A stretch of 64,000 nt of DNA, taken from NCBI GenBank assembly GCA_038087875.1, contig JAXLNO010002548.1, forward strand, positions 1-64,000, read 5' to 3'. The position numbers and the translations under genes were made by a program. The stretch is from Malacoraja senta (taxonomy: Eukaryota). Every line of letters begins with the position of its first letter. The stretch's first letter is position 1. This document shows, piece after piece, positions 1 through 13,149 of the stretch. The notes under the pieces were generated by a model. That model did no database searches. It worked only from the letters and a program-made list of their open reading frames with translations, and was not told the DNA's origin.

Positions 1-80
1 GAGGAGTTGAGTATAGGAGCAAAGAGGTCCTTCTGCAGTTGTACAGAGCCCTGGTGAGACCACACCTGAAGTATTGTGTG
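1..80 (+). mobile_element. CR1-type LINE ORF2 fragment
   Basis: Encodes ..YRALVRPHLKYCV, matching the CR1 copies at 41390-41420 and 42310-42350. Confidence 0.75.
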
Positions 81-125
81 CCCGCACACATGCACGCCCT
101 CCACGCGCGCGTGTGTGAACGGGCG

Positions 126-829
126 ATTCATCTCCAACAACACTGGTCCGGATGGGTCAGTGTCAAGAGCCCTAGCAGGTCTCACCTCTCTGACTATCGA
201 ATTGGCTGAGAACTCTGGAGTAGACAACTCCTGGACTGGGTTTCTAGAATCCTGGTTTGGGAAATGGAAGCACATCTTTACCTCAGCTCTAACATCAGTT
301 GTAGTCATGGTGGTGTTACTGTGTTTGTTCGGATGTTGTATCATTCCCTGCCTACGGGATTGGCTCAGCGATTGATAGAAACAGCCCTGACAAAGAACAG
401 CGCCGCCACCATGATGGCCTTCAGAACACAGTATAACCAACGAGAGGGGGATAGGGAGGCGAAGAAGCTGCTGCTAGCATTAGAAAAGGAGGATATAGTA
501 TAAAACAAAGGTTGCGTAGCAAAAAGAAAAGGGTGGATTGTGAGGAAAGAGTTAACAGACATAGTTGATTTAGACTAGGGATAGAAAAATGGCTTGGGGT
601 GTCAGCAGAAGCCAGACTGCTGGTAAAATAGAAAATAACGATATATAGAACAGAGAGAAATTCTAGATAAAAAGTAGCAAATTCAGCAGAAGATTTGAGA
701 AGTAAGTAGAAAGGGAGAAAGTACATAAGGTCAAACATATCTGTGCATGCCTAATGAACTTACATGAATATGTACACACACCCACTATGACAAGATGCCT
801 AATTTAAATGCACATGCGATGCATGATAT
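126..829 (+). mobile_element. Partial direct repeat of ERV env TM 3' end, PPT and truncated U3 (partial LTR 539-829)
   Basis: Near-identical to ~2657-3360 (offset ~2531). Purine tract AAAAAGAAAAGGGTGGA is followed by TGTGAG; homology stops before the TATA box. Confidence 0.9.
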
Positions 830-1134
830 AGAACTAAAAATTAAAGGATTGCTGGCCCAGAGCCCACCACTGGACTTCCCGATACACTCAGTCAAAGCTG
901 GAGACTGGGTATTAATAAAACGTGGAAAGAAGAAAAGCTGCAACCTAAGTGGACTGGACCCTACCTGGTGTTACTAATCACCGAGACGGCAGTACGAACA
1001 AAAGAGAAAGGGTGGACACACGCAAGTCGAGTTAAGGGTCCTGTGGAGGCCCCACCAGACAATATCAGCCCGTGGACTGTGCGCAAAGGAGAGGAACCAT
1101 TGACTTTAATATTTACCAAGAACCCGCGGGAAAA
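830..1134 (+). pseudogene. pol: ERV family A integrase C-terminal fragment
   Basis: Frameshifted ..VKAGDWVLIK / KLQPKWTGPYLVLLITETAVRTKEKGWTHASRVK, a typical retroviral IN C-terminal domain. Confidence 0.85.
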
Positions 1135-3035
1135 ATGAAGATTTCGTGTTGGTGGGTCGTGTGTTGGGTGGTTACCCAACTCGTGAGTAATATAACATGC
1201 ATAAAAATCACAATACCACAGAATAGAAGGTCCACCACCATCCCATTTAATGTATGTAAAGGAAAATGGTGGTGTGGCTATAGAATGTATGTATGCACCC
1301 ATCCCTGTAGAAATTGGCACGCGGTGTTCACTTCATCAAGAGATGGGTGGCATCAGCCCACCTATCAAACTGATAGGTGGAAAGTACATCAAAACCCGAA
1401 CGAGAAATTGCCAGGACGTATATATGTGAGCATACAGAGTGTTCAAATGCAGGAAAGTGGTAGGTATTGGATATGTGCAGATAAAACAGGGAAGGACACA
1501 TGTCTGAAGTTTGAGATAGAAGTGAAGCGGGATGGGGAGATGGTAAGATATGAGGATAGGGGAAAGGTGTTGAAGATAGATGACAGTCAGAATAGGGATC
1601 CCGGGGCAACACCAGCACCACCGGTAGTCAGCAAAGTCACCAGGGAGAATGAGTCTAAGGATCTGAATATAATGATAGTAGAAGGAGAAACAGGATTAAT
1701 GCAGTTTTATGAGAAGGGAATACCAACAGGGGAAAAAGGAGCCAACACCTGGCTTGCCTGGATGATGTACACAGCCAGAAGTATGCAATGAACCAATTGT
1801 TACACCTGCGCCGGAGCTAGGTCTCAGCTGGTCCCAGTACCATTTCCCCTGAATTGGAATAGAACACCTAGGGCTATGTCATGTATACTACAGCTATTCA
1901 CGAATCCCCTCTTACCAAAGAATGTGATATGCCAGAATTATCATTACCTATTTCCGACCAGCAACAACAATACGAAGGGCCGAAGGTAAGATCCTCGACC
2001 TCCTCCATTTACCAGTCCTCTTGGGGAGGAGGGGTTTGAGTGCTATACAAGAAATAACCCAGAGGGACAGGACATGGGGAAGGTGCTCAACTGCAATCAG
2101 ACGTATAACATAACGGCTGAGGAACAGGGACCACTGTTCAATAGCTCCTGGCTGAAAAAGCAGATAGTCAGTAGAGCCGATGTCTGGTGGTGGTGCGGGG
2201 AGAATACCCTGTGGCCCCGGTTACCTGGACGTGAACCTGTACCCTCACACAACTGATGATGCCCTTCACCATAGCAGTAGAACATGCTGTAGAACTCAAT
2301 GAAGGAAGCCAACGACAAAAGAGAGGGGTGAAAGGATCATTCGACACACACATATATATAGATGCGATAGGGGTGACAAGAGGGGTACCCGATGAATTCA
2401 AAGCCAGAAACCAGATAGCTGCGGGCTTTGAGTCCATGATCTTCTGGTGGTCCACAATTAATAAAAATGTGGACTGGATCAACTACCTATACTACAATCA
2501 ACAACGCTTTATAAATTACACTCGAGATGCAGTTGAAGGATTAGCGGAACAACTGACAGCTACCAGCCAAATGGCCTGGCAAAATCGCATGGCCTTGGAC
2601 ATGCTACTGGCTGAGAAGGGAGGGGTATGTGTAATGTTTGGCGAACAATGTTGCACATTCATCCCCAACAACACTGCTCCGGATGGGTCAGTGTCAAGAG
2701 CCCTAAGCAGGTCTCACCTCTCTGACTATCGAATTGGCTGAGAACTTTGGAATAGACAACTCCTGGACTGGGTTTCTAGACTCCTGGTTTGGGAAATGGA
2801 AGTACATCTTTACCTCAGCTCTAACATCAGTTGTAGTCATGGTGGGGTTACTGTGTTTGTTCGGATGTTGTATCATTCCCTGCGTACGGGGATTGGCTCA
2901 GCGATTGATAGAAACAGCCCTGACAAAGAACAGCGCCGCCACCATGATGCTTTCAGAACACAGTATAACCAACGAGAGGGGGATAGGGAGGCAAAGAAGC
3001 TGCTGCTAGCATTAGAAAAGGAAGATATAGTATAA
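1135..3035 (+). pseudogene. env: ERV family A env (gamma/epsilon-type), disrupted by stops and frameshifts
   Basis: Signal peptide MKISCWWVVCWVVTQL; SU NTWLAWMMYTA..CYTC (CxxC); furin site RQKR (~2310); ISD WQNRMALDMLLAEKGGVC; CX6CC; hydrophobic anchor. Stop at 1789-1791 plus later lesions. Confidence 0.92.
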
Positions 3036-3071
3036 ATCAAAGGTTGCGTAGCAAAAAAGAAAAGGGTGGAT

Positions 3072-3627
3072 TGTGAGGAAAGAGTTAACAGACATAGTTG
3101 ATTTAGACTAGGGATAGAAAAATGGCTTGGGGTGTCAGCAGAAGCCAGACTGCTGGTAAAATAGAAAATAACGATATATAGAACAGAGAGAAATTCTAGA
3201 TAAAAAGTAGCAAATTCAGCAGAAGATTTGAGAAGTAAGTAGAAAGGGAGAAAGTACATAAGGTCAAACATATCTGTGCATGCCTAATGAACTTACATGA
3301 ATATGTACACACACCCACTATGACAAGATGTCTCATTTAAATGCACATGCGATGCATGATATGGGAGGTGTCTTTGACGTTGGGTGGACGTTCCAGGACG
3401 TTCTCGTGGGAATGTGGGCTTTATGTTATGATTGGAAGAAGCACAATGGGGAGGGATGAGGGTGTGACAATGATACCCATGAAATTTATAAAGATAGAAG
3501 TCATCCCGATCCTCGGTGTGCCTCCAGGGGACATCAGAGGAGGCACCTATTCTGCAGAATATGATTTAAATAAAAAGCTTCTTTGCCGACTTTGTCTCTA
3601 AAAGCGTTTGTGATTTTGCATCTCACA
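3072..3627 (+). mobile_element. 3' LTR, U3 type A
   Basis: TGTGAG...CTCACA inverted termini, PPT immediately upstream, TATAAA at 3487-3492, AATAAA at 3569-3574. Confidence 0.92.
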
Positions 3628-4557
3628 CTTATGTATGGCTTAATTGTATTCATGCATAGTATGATTTGGCTGAATACCACGCAAAGGGGTTTTCACTGTA
3701 TCTAGTTACCCGTGTCAATAATAAACCAACACGTTGTATCTATCGATTGCAACACCCAGTGTTTATTTTAAGCAGGTAGCAAGGTTGTATTAACATTTCC
3801 TTTTTGCCTTTGACTACGTGGTGAATGTAAAGATGGGTCATAATGCACTGTATCTTTACTACTGTTTATTGCTGCCCTAGCTGTCCGTGGTCTGTCACTG
3901 GAACCAGAGAGAGAGAGAACTGGGTGGGAAGGTTGTAATTATACCAGTGATGTGGGAGTGGTTAGTAGTGGTGAGGTCACTATGTTAAAGGTACATGCAC
4001 ATTTCATCTACAGTGAAGAGCCATCTTTTTTTCACCGCTGAAGACCTCCTGGCGCCAGTACAATATTCTGTCGGCGTGGGGCGATTCGGCATTTGCAATA
4101 CTGAGGATCAGGACATATTTCAAATCAGAATGGCGGTCAATTTGGATCTTGATCTGCAGGTGCTATTTTTACACGGTAGATTTCAAAGGGAGAACAGCAT
4201 TATTGCCCGCTTGGAAAGCGAAAGGGTGTTGATTCCACCGTCCAGAGGAAAATGATTATAATCTTCCATTCAGTGGCCAAAAGTAACACCAGTCCAAATT
4301 AGTCATTTTCCCTGCAGCTTCCAAGTTCACGCGAGTCCTACTGTCTGGTCAAAAAGACGGTGATTCAATTATTATTTGAACAGGGATTGATGGCGGAGGA
4401 GTTAGCTTGGTAATGTTATTGAATGTCAAGGCAGTTTACATCTTGCCTAATACTACACCTGCAAACAACTTTGCTGACATTCACACATTTCCTAAACATG
4501 GAACTCATATCTATACCAACATCTTTGATTTAAATCAGAAAATACAAACAAAATTCG

Positions 4558-4725
4558 CAGCAGTCGAACGGATGCCTCGCAGCGTCAGAGACCGGGTTTG
4601 ATCCCGACTACGGACGCTGTCTGTGTGAACGTCGTACGTGGGTTTTCTCCGGGCGCTGGTCTCCACCCACATTCCAAACTCGTGCAGGTTTATCGGTTAA
4701 TTGCCCTCTGTAAATTGCCCCTAGT
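4558..4725 (+). mobile_element. HE1-like tRNA-derived SINE, partial
   Basis: B-box-like GGTTTGATCCC and conserved central GTGGGTTTTCTCCGGG shared with other copies in the window. Confidence 0.7.
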
Positions 4726-4829
4726 AAGACTGCGTCGAAACGGGCTTTTGGGCACAGCATGCCCCATCTACATTAGTCCCAACTCCCCACGCTTGGCTCA
4801 TAACCCTCTAAACCTATCCTATGCATGTA

Positions 4830-5412
4830 CCTGTCCAATTGTATATTTATTGTTATGATAGTACCTGTCTCAACCTCCTCTGGCAGCTCGTTCATATACC
4901 CACCACTCTTTGTGTAAAAATGTTATCCCCAGGTTCCTATTAAATCTCCACACTCACCCACCTCTCACCGTAAATCTATATCCTCTGGTTCTCGAGTCCC
5001 CTATTGTGGGCAAAAAACTCAAGCGCATTTACCTGATTGATTGCTCACATAATTTTGTAAACCTCTTTCAGATCACCACATCCTTTGCACTCTAAGGAAT
5101 GAAATCCATAACCAGGGGCCACATTTCCAGAACCAGGGACCACAGTTTAAGAATAAGGAGTAAGCCATTTAGAACGGAGACGAGGAAACACCTTTTCTCA
5201 CAGAGAGTGGTGAGTCTGTGGAATTCTCTGCCTCAGAGGGCAGTGGATGCTTTCAAGAGAGAGCTAGATAGGGCTCTTAAAAATAGCGGAGTCAGGGGAT
5301 ATGGGGAGAAGGCAGGAACGGGGTACTGATTGGGGATGATCAGCCATGATCACATTGAATGGCGGTGCTGGCTCGAAGGATCGAATGGCCTACTCCTGCA
5401 CCTATTTTCTAT
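4830..5412. mobile_element. Two CR1 3'-end fragments (4830-5097 minus; 5100-5412 plus)
   Basis: HSLRIRSKPFRTETRKHLFSQRVVSLWNSLP motif and the CR1 3' UTR GATGATCAGCCATGATCA..AATGGCCTACTCCTGCACC. Confidence 0.8.
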
Positions 5413-6699
5413 TGAAATCAGAGCCTTCTCAACCTCACCCTCCCTGAACATAGACTCAGTGACTTGCAGAACAGTTCAGCATTGGAACAGGCCCTTGGGG
5501 CCACACCTTCTGTTCCAAACGTGATGCCAAGTTGAACTAATCTCCTCCACCAACACATGTTCCATATCCATCCTTTCCCTGCATATCTATGCCTTTCTAA
5601 AGACTTAAAATGCCACTATCAAGTCTCCTTGTAAATCTTCTCTGGACTCTTTCCAACTGGTGTGTTAAAAACAACGTGCATGAAGAATTCAGTGTGTCAG
5701 GCAGCATCTGTGGTGGGAATCGACTGACAACGTTTTGAAGTCACCAGTCTGAACAAGAGTTCCAGCCTGAAATGTCGTTGGTTCATTCCATCCCACAGAT
5801 GTTGCCTGACCCACTGTTCCTCCAACAGTTTTGATCAACGATCCAACATCTGCAGTTTCTAGTATCCCCAGAGATCTGTTAACTGTTACCATTCATTTGC
5901 CCTATTTTATTACATTTTGTATTACATTCTGTTAAATTATGTTGCAGTCTTGGAAATGTTTTCACCTCAGCTGCAAACCTGCATTCCTAGTGTACATTGC
6001 TACTTTAATCATGCTAAATTATGATCACTGCCATCAAAACACCTCATCACTACCACTACAATACTACTCCCATCTTGCTGCCAAGCAATACCCACCATTT
6101 TCTATACAGTCGCCTTAATACTATTTCTTAATTAATTTGAGAACCTCTGCACTCTGCTTCAGTGACAGATAATATTAAGTGTAAATTCACAACTATTTAT
6201 TGTTCTGGGGTGGGTTATTTTGCACCATATAAACAGGCCAAAATATTTCTCCTTCCGTATCCTAAGTTTATTTGATATACAATGATGAATACAAAACAAT
6301 GGATCATTTAAATGTTTACTGTGCTGATGGAGACCATTCATCCTATCAGGCCAATGCTACCTCTCTACTGGAGAAAATCACTTGTTCAACCCCAGCCCTT
6401 AGACTGTAGTTTTGCATGTTTTTGCTCACAATTAGTTTATCCAATTCTCTCTTTGTGATGAAACATAAATAGGATTCGGATCGATGAACGGAGAAAGAAA
6501 ATTTCAAGGGTACAAATGACTATCTTTATTACATCAAATTACAAGACAAAGCATTACAAAGCAACGAATCTCATGGCTTTCAGCTCAATGTGTTAAATGA
6601 TAGAAGCCGTGGCAAATACCATCAAGTCTCACAGTCTTCTGCCCATTAGAGACTCCTATTTATGATGGCTGGTATAGAGATCTTGCGGGCCCAGCCACT

Positions 6700-7100
6700 G
6701 TCCTTCAAAGGTTCTGCATTAAATCAAGCACCGAGCTATTCTTGCATGTCTCAGAGAAAAGAAAGGTTTAACTTCTCCTTTAGCTACACTAAATATCCTT
6801 GTAGGCTGCTCCATCATTTCCAGTTATTCGAAGTGAGCCCTCAATCATCTAATTGTTCCCCAAAGCCAGCCTACTTGCTTACCATAAAGTGCAGTTAGCA
6901 GAAAATGTCATCATAGGTGAAAACCCCGTTTACCTTTTCCAATGCACTAAGGGCATAATGGAGCCAATTACACAACATCTACGTGCCATACACTTGACAT
7001 TCCAAACGCACGTTGCATATAATTCCTTGTCCGCTCTCAAACCCTCCAGCAAAGTGAGCAGCCTCCCTATCCATTCTTCCCATCAAAGATTGATAATTTT
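6700..7100 (-). pseudogene. Ancient degenerate LTR-retrotransposon (Ty3/gypsy-like) RT fragment
   Basis: QRAFGMSS (~6990-7018) lies ~30 codons before GVFTYDDIF (~6903-6930), the expected PFG-to-YxDD spacing; heavily decayed. Confidence 0.45.
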
Positions 7101-7527
7101 CCAGAGCTCCAAGAACTTAATATGTGATTCACCACCCTCTGACTCTAGAGATTCCTCCTTATCCCTTTCTAAAGATACATCATGTTATTTTGAGAAATGT
7201 GCTTGCCAAGACCATGGCATCTGCAGTTTTAGTCTCCTGATCTTAGGAAGATTGTTCTTGTTATGGAGGGAGTGCTGTGAAGGTTGATCAGATTTCAGGA
7301 ATGGGAGGACTAATGTATGAAGGGCGATTTGGGCGATTAGTTTTACATTGTGATTAGGACCATTCAAAATCAACTACAACATTCTTATGGGTCTGTGCAG
7401 ATTCAAGAGAGTCAAGAGTGTTTTATTGTCATATGTCCCAGATAGTACAATGAAATTCTTACTCACTGCAGCACAATGGAATATGTAAACATAGTACATG
7501 GTAAACAATATGAAAAACAAGAAAGAG

Positions 7528-7657
7528 NNNNNNNNNNNNNNNNNNNNNNNNNNNNNNNNNNNNNNNNNNNNNNNNNNNNNNNNNNNNNNNNNNNNNNNNN
7601 NNNNNNNNNNNNNNNNNNNNNNNNNNNNNNNNNNNNNNNNNNNNNNNNNNNNNNNNN
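7528..7657. other. Assembly gap (130 N)
   Basis: Run of N. Confidence 1.
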
Positions 7658-10150
7658 GGAAATCCGGTCAGTTCAGGACCCAGTGGTCACAATCTGATGA
7701 TCAGGCTTCAAGTTGAGATGAAGAGCGATTACTTCTCCCACAGAATGATGAACGTGTGGTATTTTATACCACTGGAAGCAGTTGAACACAGATCATTAAA
7801 TTTATACAAGGAGTTATATGTTATTTGTATGGTCAAAGGATCAGAGAAATAAAAGGATCAAGGTATACATTTTAGGTCACAATTGATCACATGGAATAAT
7901 AGTTGAGGCTCAAATGCCTGAATTCCAATTACTTTTATATTCTGCATTTCAACATTTTTGTATTTATCGTGGCCACATTTCCTCTGCATCGAAGAACATG
8001 ATAACTGGGATGCTTAAAAGGAACCGAGACCCTAGTGCCAATGCCTTTTTGCAGATGAATACATTGGTTTGGTGTTCACAAAGCGAGGACAAATCAGAAG
8101 TAATTTTCTGAACACGCCATCCATTTCTATTTCAATGTGCTTACCCAATAATACTATATTAATCTATATTAAAAAATGTTTGGATAAAATAAACAAAACA
8201 CGGTCATCGAATGTCCCTGGGTAAGTCATCCACCACCTGCCCTCCACCCCTTTGAGAAGTGGCTGAAGGGTGATATTAAAATACATAAAGCTTTTAAATG
8301 AATCACTATGGTGAAAACATTTCCACCATAAAATCCAGCAGGGAATTCTACAGAGAATGCTCCCTCTCCTCCCACCCAATACAGGTGAGAATGAGGATCC
8401 AGATCAATGAATTGCATTTAGGGTAAGGCTGGGCAAACACAAAAGAGAAAAGAACAGTCGGTTTTACATTGGAAAATCCAGCATAGACTTGCCAACCATG
8501 TTGCAGATAGCATAAGGTGGGAAGAGGCTCATGTGGACCATATGCACCAGTATTGGCAGGATAGGCAGAGTGGCCTGTTCCTACACACTTGTCTCCTCTA
8601 CAACCTTGTATTACTTTGACTGCCAATTCATTTTTGATCATTTTGTTCCCATTCATTCTTTAAAAAATACAAAATCAACTTTGACGTAAGATAACTGTGA
8701 TTGATGCTGTTGCAAATAAATGGAGGCAATACATTTTCTTAACAACAATTTAATTTTGCGCCTTGCATATTATATCTTTCATATTATATCTTGCATATTC
8801 CATATATCTTGCCTTTACTTCGCAACATGAAGCCACTATAAAACAGGATGCAATCCAATGTGTTTACTTGGATTTCATGCCAATCTATTTCAAAAAATCT
8901 TATACGCAATGGTCTATTCATCAAACACATTCTACAGGCAACTATTATTAGGTGAAATCACCTTGATCACTGAACTTGATCACTGTGCCACTAGTCACCG
9001 TGGACAATTTTATATTCATATGGATGATAAATTCTTTGCATTAGATTAGAAATGTACAAAGTACAAAAAATCAAGACTTTTGACATCATCAAATATACAA
9101 GCGTTATGTAACAACATTTATTTGTGCTGTGTCTCAGACTAAATGCAGTGTTAAAACAAAATATATTCTATCCAATAATGACTGTAGCTAATGGAATCTG
9201 CAACCAAAAACAGAAGACTGAAAGCATTCAATGGCTCAAGCAAAATTATTGGGACAAATGGTTGATGTCACAAATAGGGTCAAGAACCTGCACCAGGCCT
9301 GTGAGGGAAGAGGATGAATTGCCAATATATAGCAATCAGGGAGGGATAGGACAGAGGCTGGTAGATCAAACGTAGAACCAGGTGGGGAGAGGATAATGGG
9401 TAGATGGAAACAGGTAGGAGAGGAGGAGGAAGAGGTGAACAACAGGAGAATAAACTGTTCAAATGAGACAGAGGTTCACTTGCACCTCTTTCAACTTTCT
9501 ATACTGCATTCATTGCTCACACTGTGGAGAAACTAGCTTAGATGTCAACCATTTTGTAGAGCACATCCCTTTGAAGTAAAGATCATCCTGAGATCTGTTA
9601 TATGGTATTTTAATACCCCTTCCCACTCTCACACTGACCCATCTGTCGTTAACCTTGGGCACAGAAAGTTAAGTAAAATATCTGATAATCCACCTGGGTA
9701 ACTTTATGTGAATATAAAGTTTTCACATTTCAGCTTATCCATACCACTGGTGTTCATTTGTTCTCCCACAACCACCCATACACAAACTTTGCTCCACCTG
9801 CCCATCATCCCCTCCCCAGCTGATTACACCTGCCACTTACCAGCCTCTGCCCCATTCCTCCTTCAAACTGTTAGAATCTTCCCATCCTCTCCTTCAATTC
9901 TAATGCAGTGCCTTGACTTGAAATGTTGGTATATGTCATTTGCCTCCACAGATGCTGTTTGACCAAGTACTTCCACTGGCCTTTCTTTAGTCTAAAATTC
10001 TTGTTGGAAATAACCACAAAGTCTTACTCTATCTATAATTGAAACCATTTAATTGGTGCTTAGAGAGCTTTCTAAACTCATGAGGGCGATTGACCAGGAT
10101 TTATTTTACCCAGTGTAGGGTAATCAAGAACCAGCAAAAACAGGTTTAAG

Positions 10151-10792
10151 CAGTGTTCAATGCTAATTTTTTAGGTGTCGGAGCTGTCAAACAGGGGCAT
10201 TTCAGATTTTGCTGGGGGGGGGGCAAGCTAGTCTCCCTAGGGGGTCAAACAAGATTATAGCCTATTACTACATCCCAGTGTATAGCTAGTACATTAAAAC
10301 ATATAATACTTAATTTAATTAGGACAAAATATTGCACGGTTGCACTCACTGATTCTCATGAAATATAATTATGAAGCAAGTAAAGAAAAAGACGGTTATC
10401 ATGTATTTTAACAGAGGTGCCGGCAAGACACTGACTCGCCCTGACTATCCTGCAGCTCTGGGCCTTCAGACACACACTCACACACACACACTCTCACCCT
10501 CACACCCATTCACCTACACACCCACCCACTCACCCACCCACCAGAGTTCCAGGCTCAGCTCCAGGCCCACAACCACAAACTATGCACACATCACATGGTC
10601 TGACTCTGCTGCATCATAGTGTTCCCCCCTCCTACAGGGAACCTCAGTAGTGATGGATCTTCCCTTTACCCCTCTTTTAATCACGGTACCACGACCACAC
10701 ATCCGCTAGTTAAAATTCCACGCTGTTTATTTTTTCTTTAACAGAGGTGCCGGATCGGTGCTCAGGTGAGCTCCGGCAGCACTGCACCCCTG
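10151..10792. mobile_element. Non-autonomous hAT-like DNA transposon inserted in a CR1 3' end
   Basis: Exact 8-bp TSD GGTTTAAG (10143-10150 and 10793-10800); CAG...CTG termini; repeated subterminal TTAACAGAGGTGCCGG; CR1 sequence resumes across the TSD. Confidence 0.75.
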
Positions 10793-11939
10793 GGTTTAAG
10801 GTGAGGAGGAAGATTTAGTAGGAACCTGAGAGGCAACCTTTTCTACTAAGAGGTTACTGGGTGTATGGAATGAGCTGCCAGCGAAGGTAGAATAACAACA
10901 TTGAAAAGACACTTGGACAGGTACATGGATAGAACATGTTGAGAGGAAAGTGGGCCAAACGCTGGCAAATGCGACTAACTTAGATGTAGCATCTTGTTCA
11001 GCTAGGAGCATTAGGCTGAAGTACCTACTTCCATGCTATATGGCTCTATGACTCTTTGTTAGATGAACATAAACATGGCAAATGGAGTTTAATAATGGAA
11101 AATATGTGCTCACACACTCTGGTAAGAGCAATTCAAAGGAAGCTTTTATCTAAATGGAGTGAGATTGCAAATGAGTGGAGTACAAGAGATTCAAGTGCTT
11201 AAATGCAAAACAAAAAGCCAGCAGGTAGATGCAGCACACAACTCAGAAGGTGATTAGCATTCAAAGGTAGGTTACTATTGTAATTATGGTACATGATGTT
11301 GCTAAGGACCTATCAGGAGCACTGTGCACAGCTTGGTCCTCAAATTTAAGAAAGGATATATTAATATTGGATATCAGCTAGAAGAGATTTCTGGAATAAG
11401 CAAGTGTTGCCTAACCATGAATGGCTGAAATCACTGGTTCTGTGTCCCTTGGAGATGACAAGAAACAGAGTTAACCTTATGAATGTATCAAAGAGGCATG
11501 ATGTGGTGGTGAATTGATGGATAATGCGTGGATATATTCTAAAAGAACAGGGAATTGTGTCTTATGTGGAATAAGCACAGTAAAGGAGTTGAGGCCTCAG
11601 TCATATCAGCTGTTATCAACATATATTGCTAGATAGCTCTAATTTGTACAAATGCAGGGCAGTCTATTGAGAATTTCTGTCATGTTTGATAAACTTAATT
11701 TAACTCTTTCCATTTATTTCAGTTCCTGCATTTTAATCACATCCATGAAATCTTCTACTCAGCGATTGGTTAGCAGTGCACGTTCTGCTTTGGTTGGATA
11801 TTTTGATAATCTGAGGGGGGAAATTAAATATTAGACAACAAAGAAATGGCATAGCAGAGAACAGAACTCAGAAAGATGCAACTAGTTTATTCGCTTTAAC
11901 TGTTGATTCATCCCACATAACATCTTCCTTCCAGATATA

Positions 11940-12190
11940 AAGCCACAGCGCCAGACACCTGGGTTTGATCCTGACCACGGGTGATGTCTGTACGGAATTT
12001 GTACCTTCTCCCTGTGACTGCATAGGTTTTCTCCAGGTGCTCCAGTTTCCTCCCACATTCCAAAGGCAGATGTGCAGGTTTGTAGGTTAATTGACTTGTG
12101 TCCCTAGCTTATGTGGGTGATCGTTGGTTGGTGCGGACTCAGTGGGCCAAAGTGTCTGTTTCAATGCTCTCTCTCTAAACGAAACAAAAA
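11940..12190 (+). mobile_element. HE1-like SINE
   Basis: tRNA-like head remnant, conserved core and CTAAAC-type tail. Confidence 0.7.
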
Positions 12191-13149
12191 ACTCAATACT
12201 CCTTCAAATAGTTTCGTTCACACAAGTTCTATGTTATCTAACTTTCGCTTCCACACTAGGATCAAATTACAGAGACCAATTAACCCATAAAACCTGGCAT
12301 CTTTAGTATGTGTGTGAAAACTGGAGGACAGTGGAAACCCATGCGGTCATAGGGAATACATGCAAACTTCACACAGCCGACAACCGAGGTTAGGATTGAA
12401 CTGATGTGTATGACGCATTGAGGCAGCAACTCTATCAGCAGCGCCACTCTGCCTCAGGTTGCATCATGTTCAGCACAAACATTGTTGGACAAAGGACCTG
12501 TTCCTCTATTACAGGGGCATTCCCATTCACCGTAAAATTCAGCGAACTCAGCACCATTGGGTCACTGGAAATATTCCCTCCCTGACCATCAGATCCCTCC
12601 AGATCAGTCGGACAGACACCAGTTAGGCAGCATCTGCCTGCAAATGATTCATGTCCCTCAAACCCCTGCATCTCCATGCACCATGAAGGTGCACTCCAGA
12701 CGCCACCATCCCTGGCAGTGCTTTCCAGGCACACACCACATAGTATGTAATAAAAACTTGCCCTTTTTTAAAAACTGCAGCTTCTACCCTGCACTGAATA
12801 TAATGCAATAATTTAAATGCTATAGTAGGCATTTAGTTTATTGGGATAATTTTAGTCAATTGGGAGGTGTGATTGCAAATCTTGTACAATATCATAAACC
12901 AAGTAAAATGTGACAAAGTCAAAATGGCCAGGCACAAAGAACAGAATAATCATGAACATCAATAACATGTCAATAACTAGACTCTCTTAGTGGCAGCATG
13001 CTGTAAGGTTGCAAACTCGTTTGCTCCCTTAACTTTTATCTTCCACTGACCACTCTTTCAATGTTACTGGTGACTATTTGACTTCAAGACACCGTCTAAC
13101 TGTTCATAAAGTGTTGATAACACTTTTACACGCCTTAATCGTGAAAAGG

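Noticed and set aside
4049-4137. Short motifs shared with 27082-27135 (CTGGCGCCAG, ATGGCGGT; WRQ.....KK)
   Set aside because: The spacings are not colinear between the two regions; likely chance.
7476-7716. ORFs spanning the N run
   Set aside because: Artefacts of the assembly gap.
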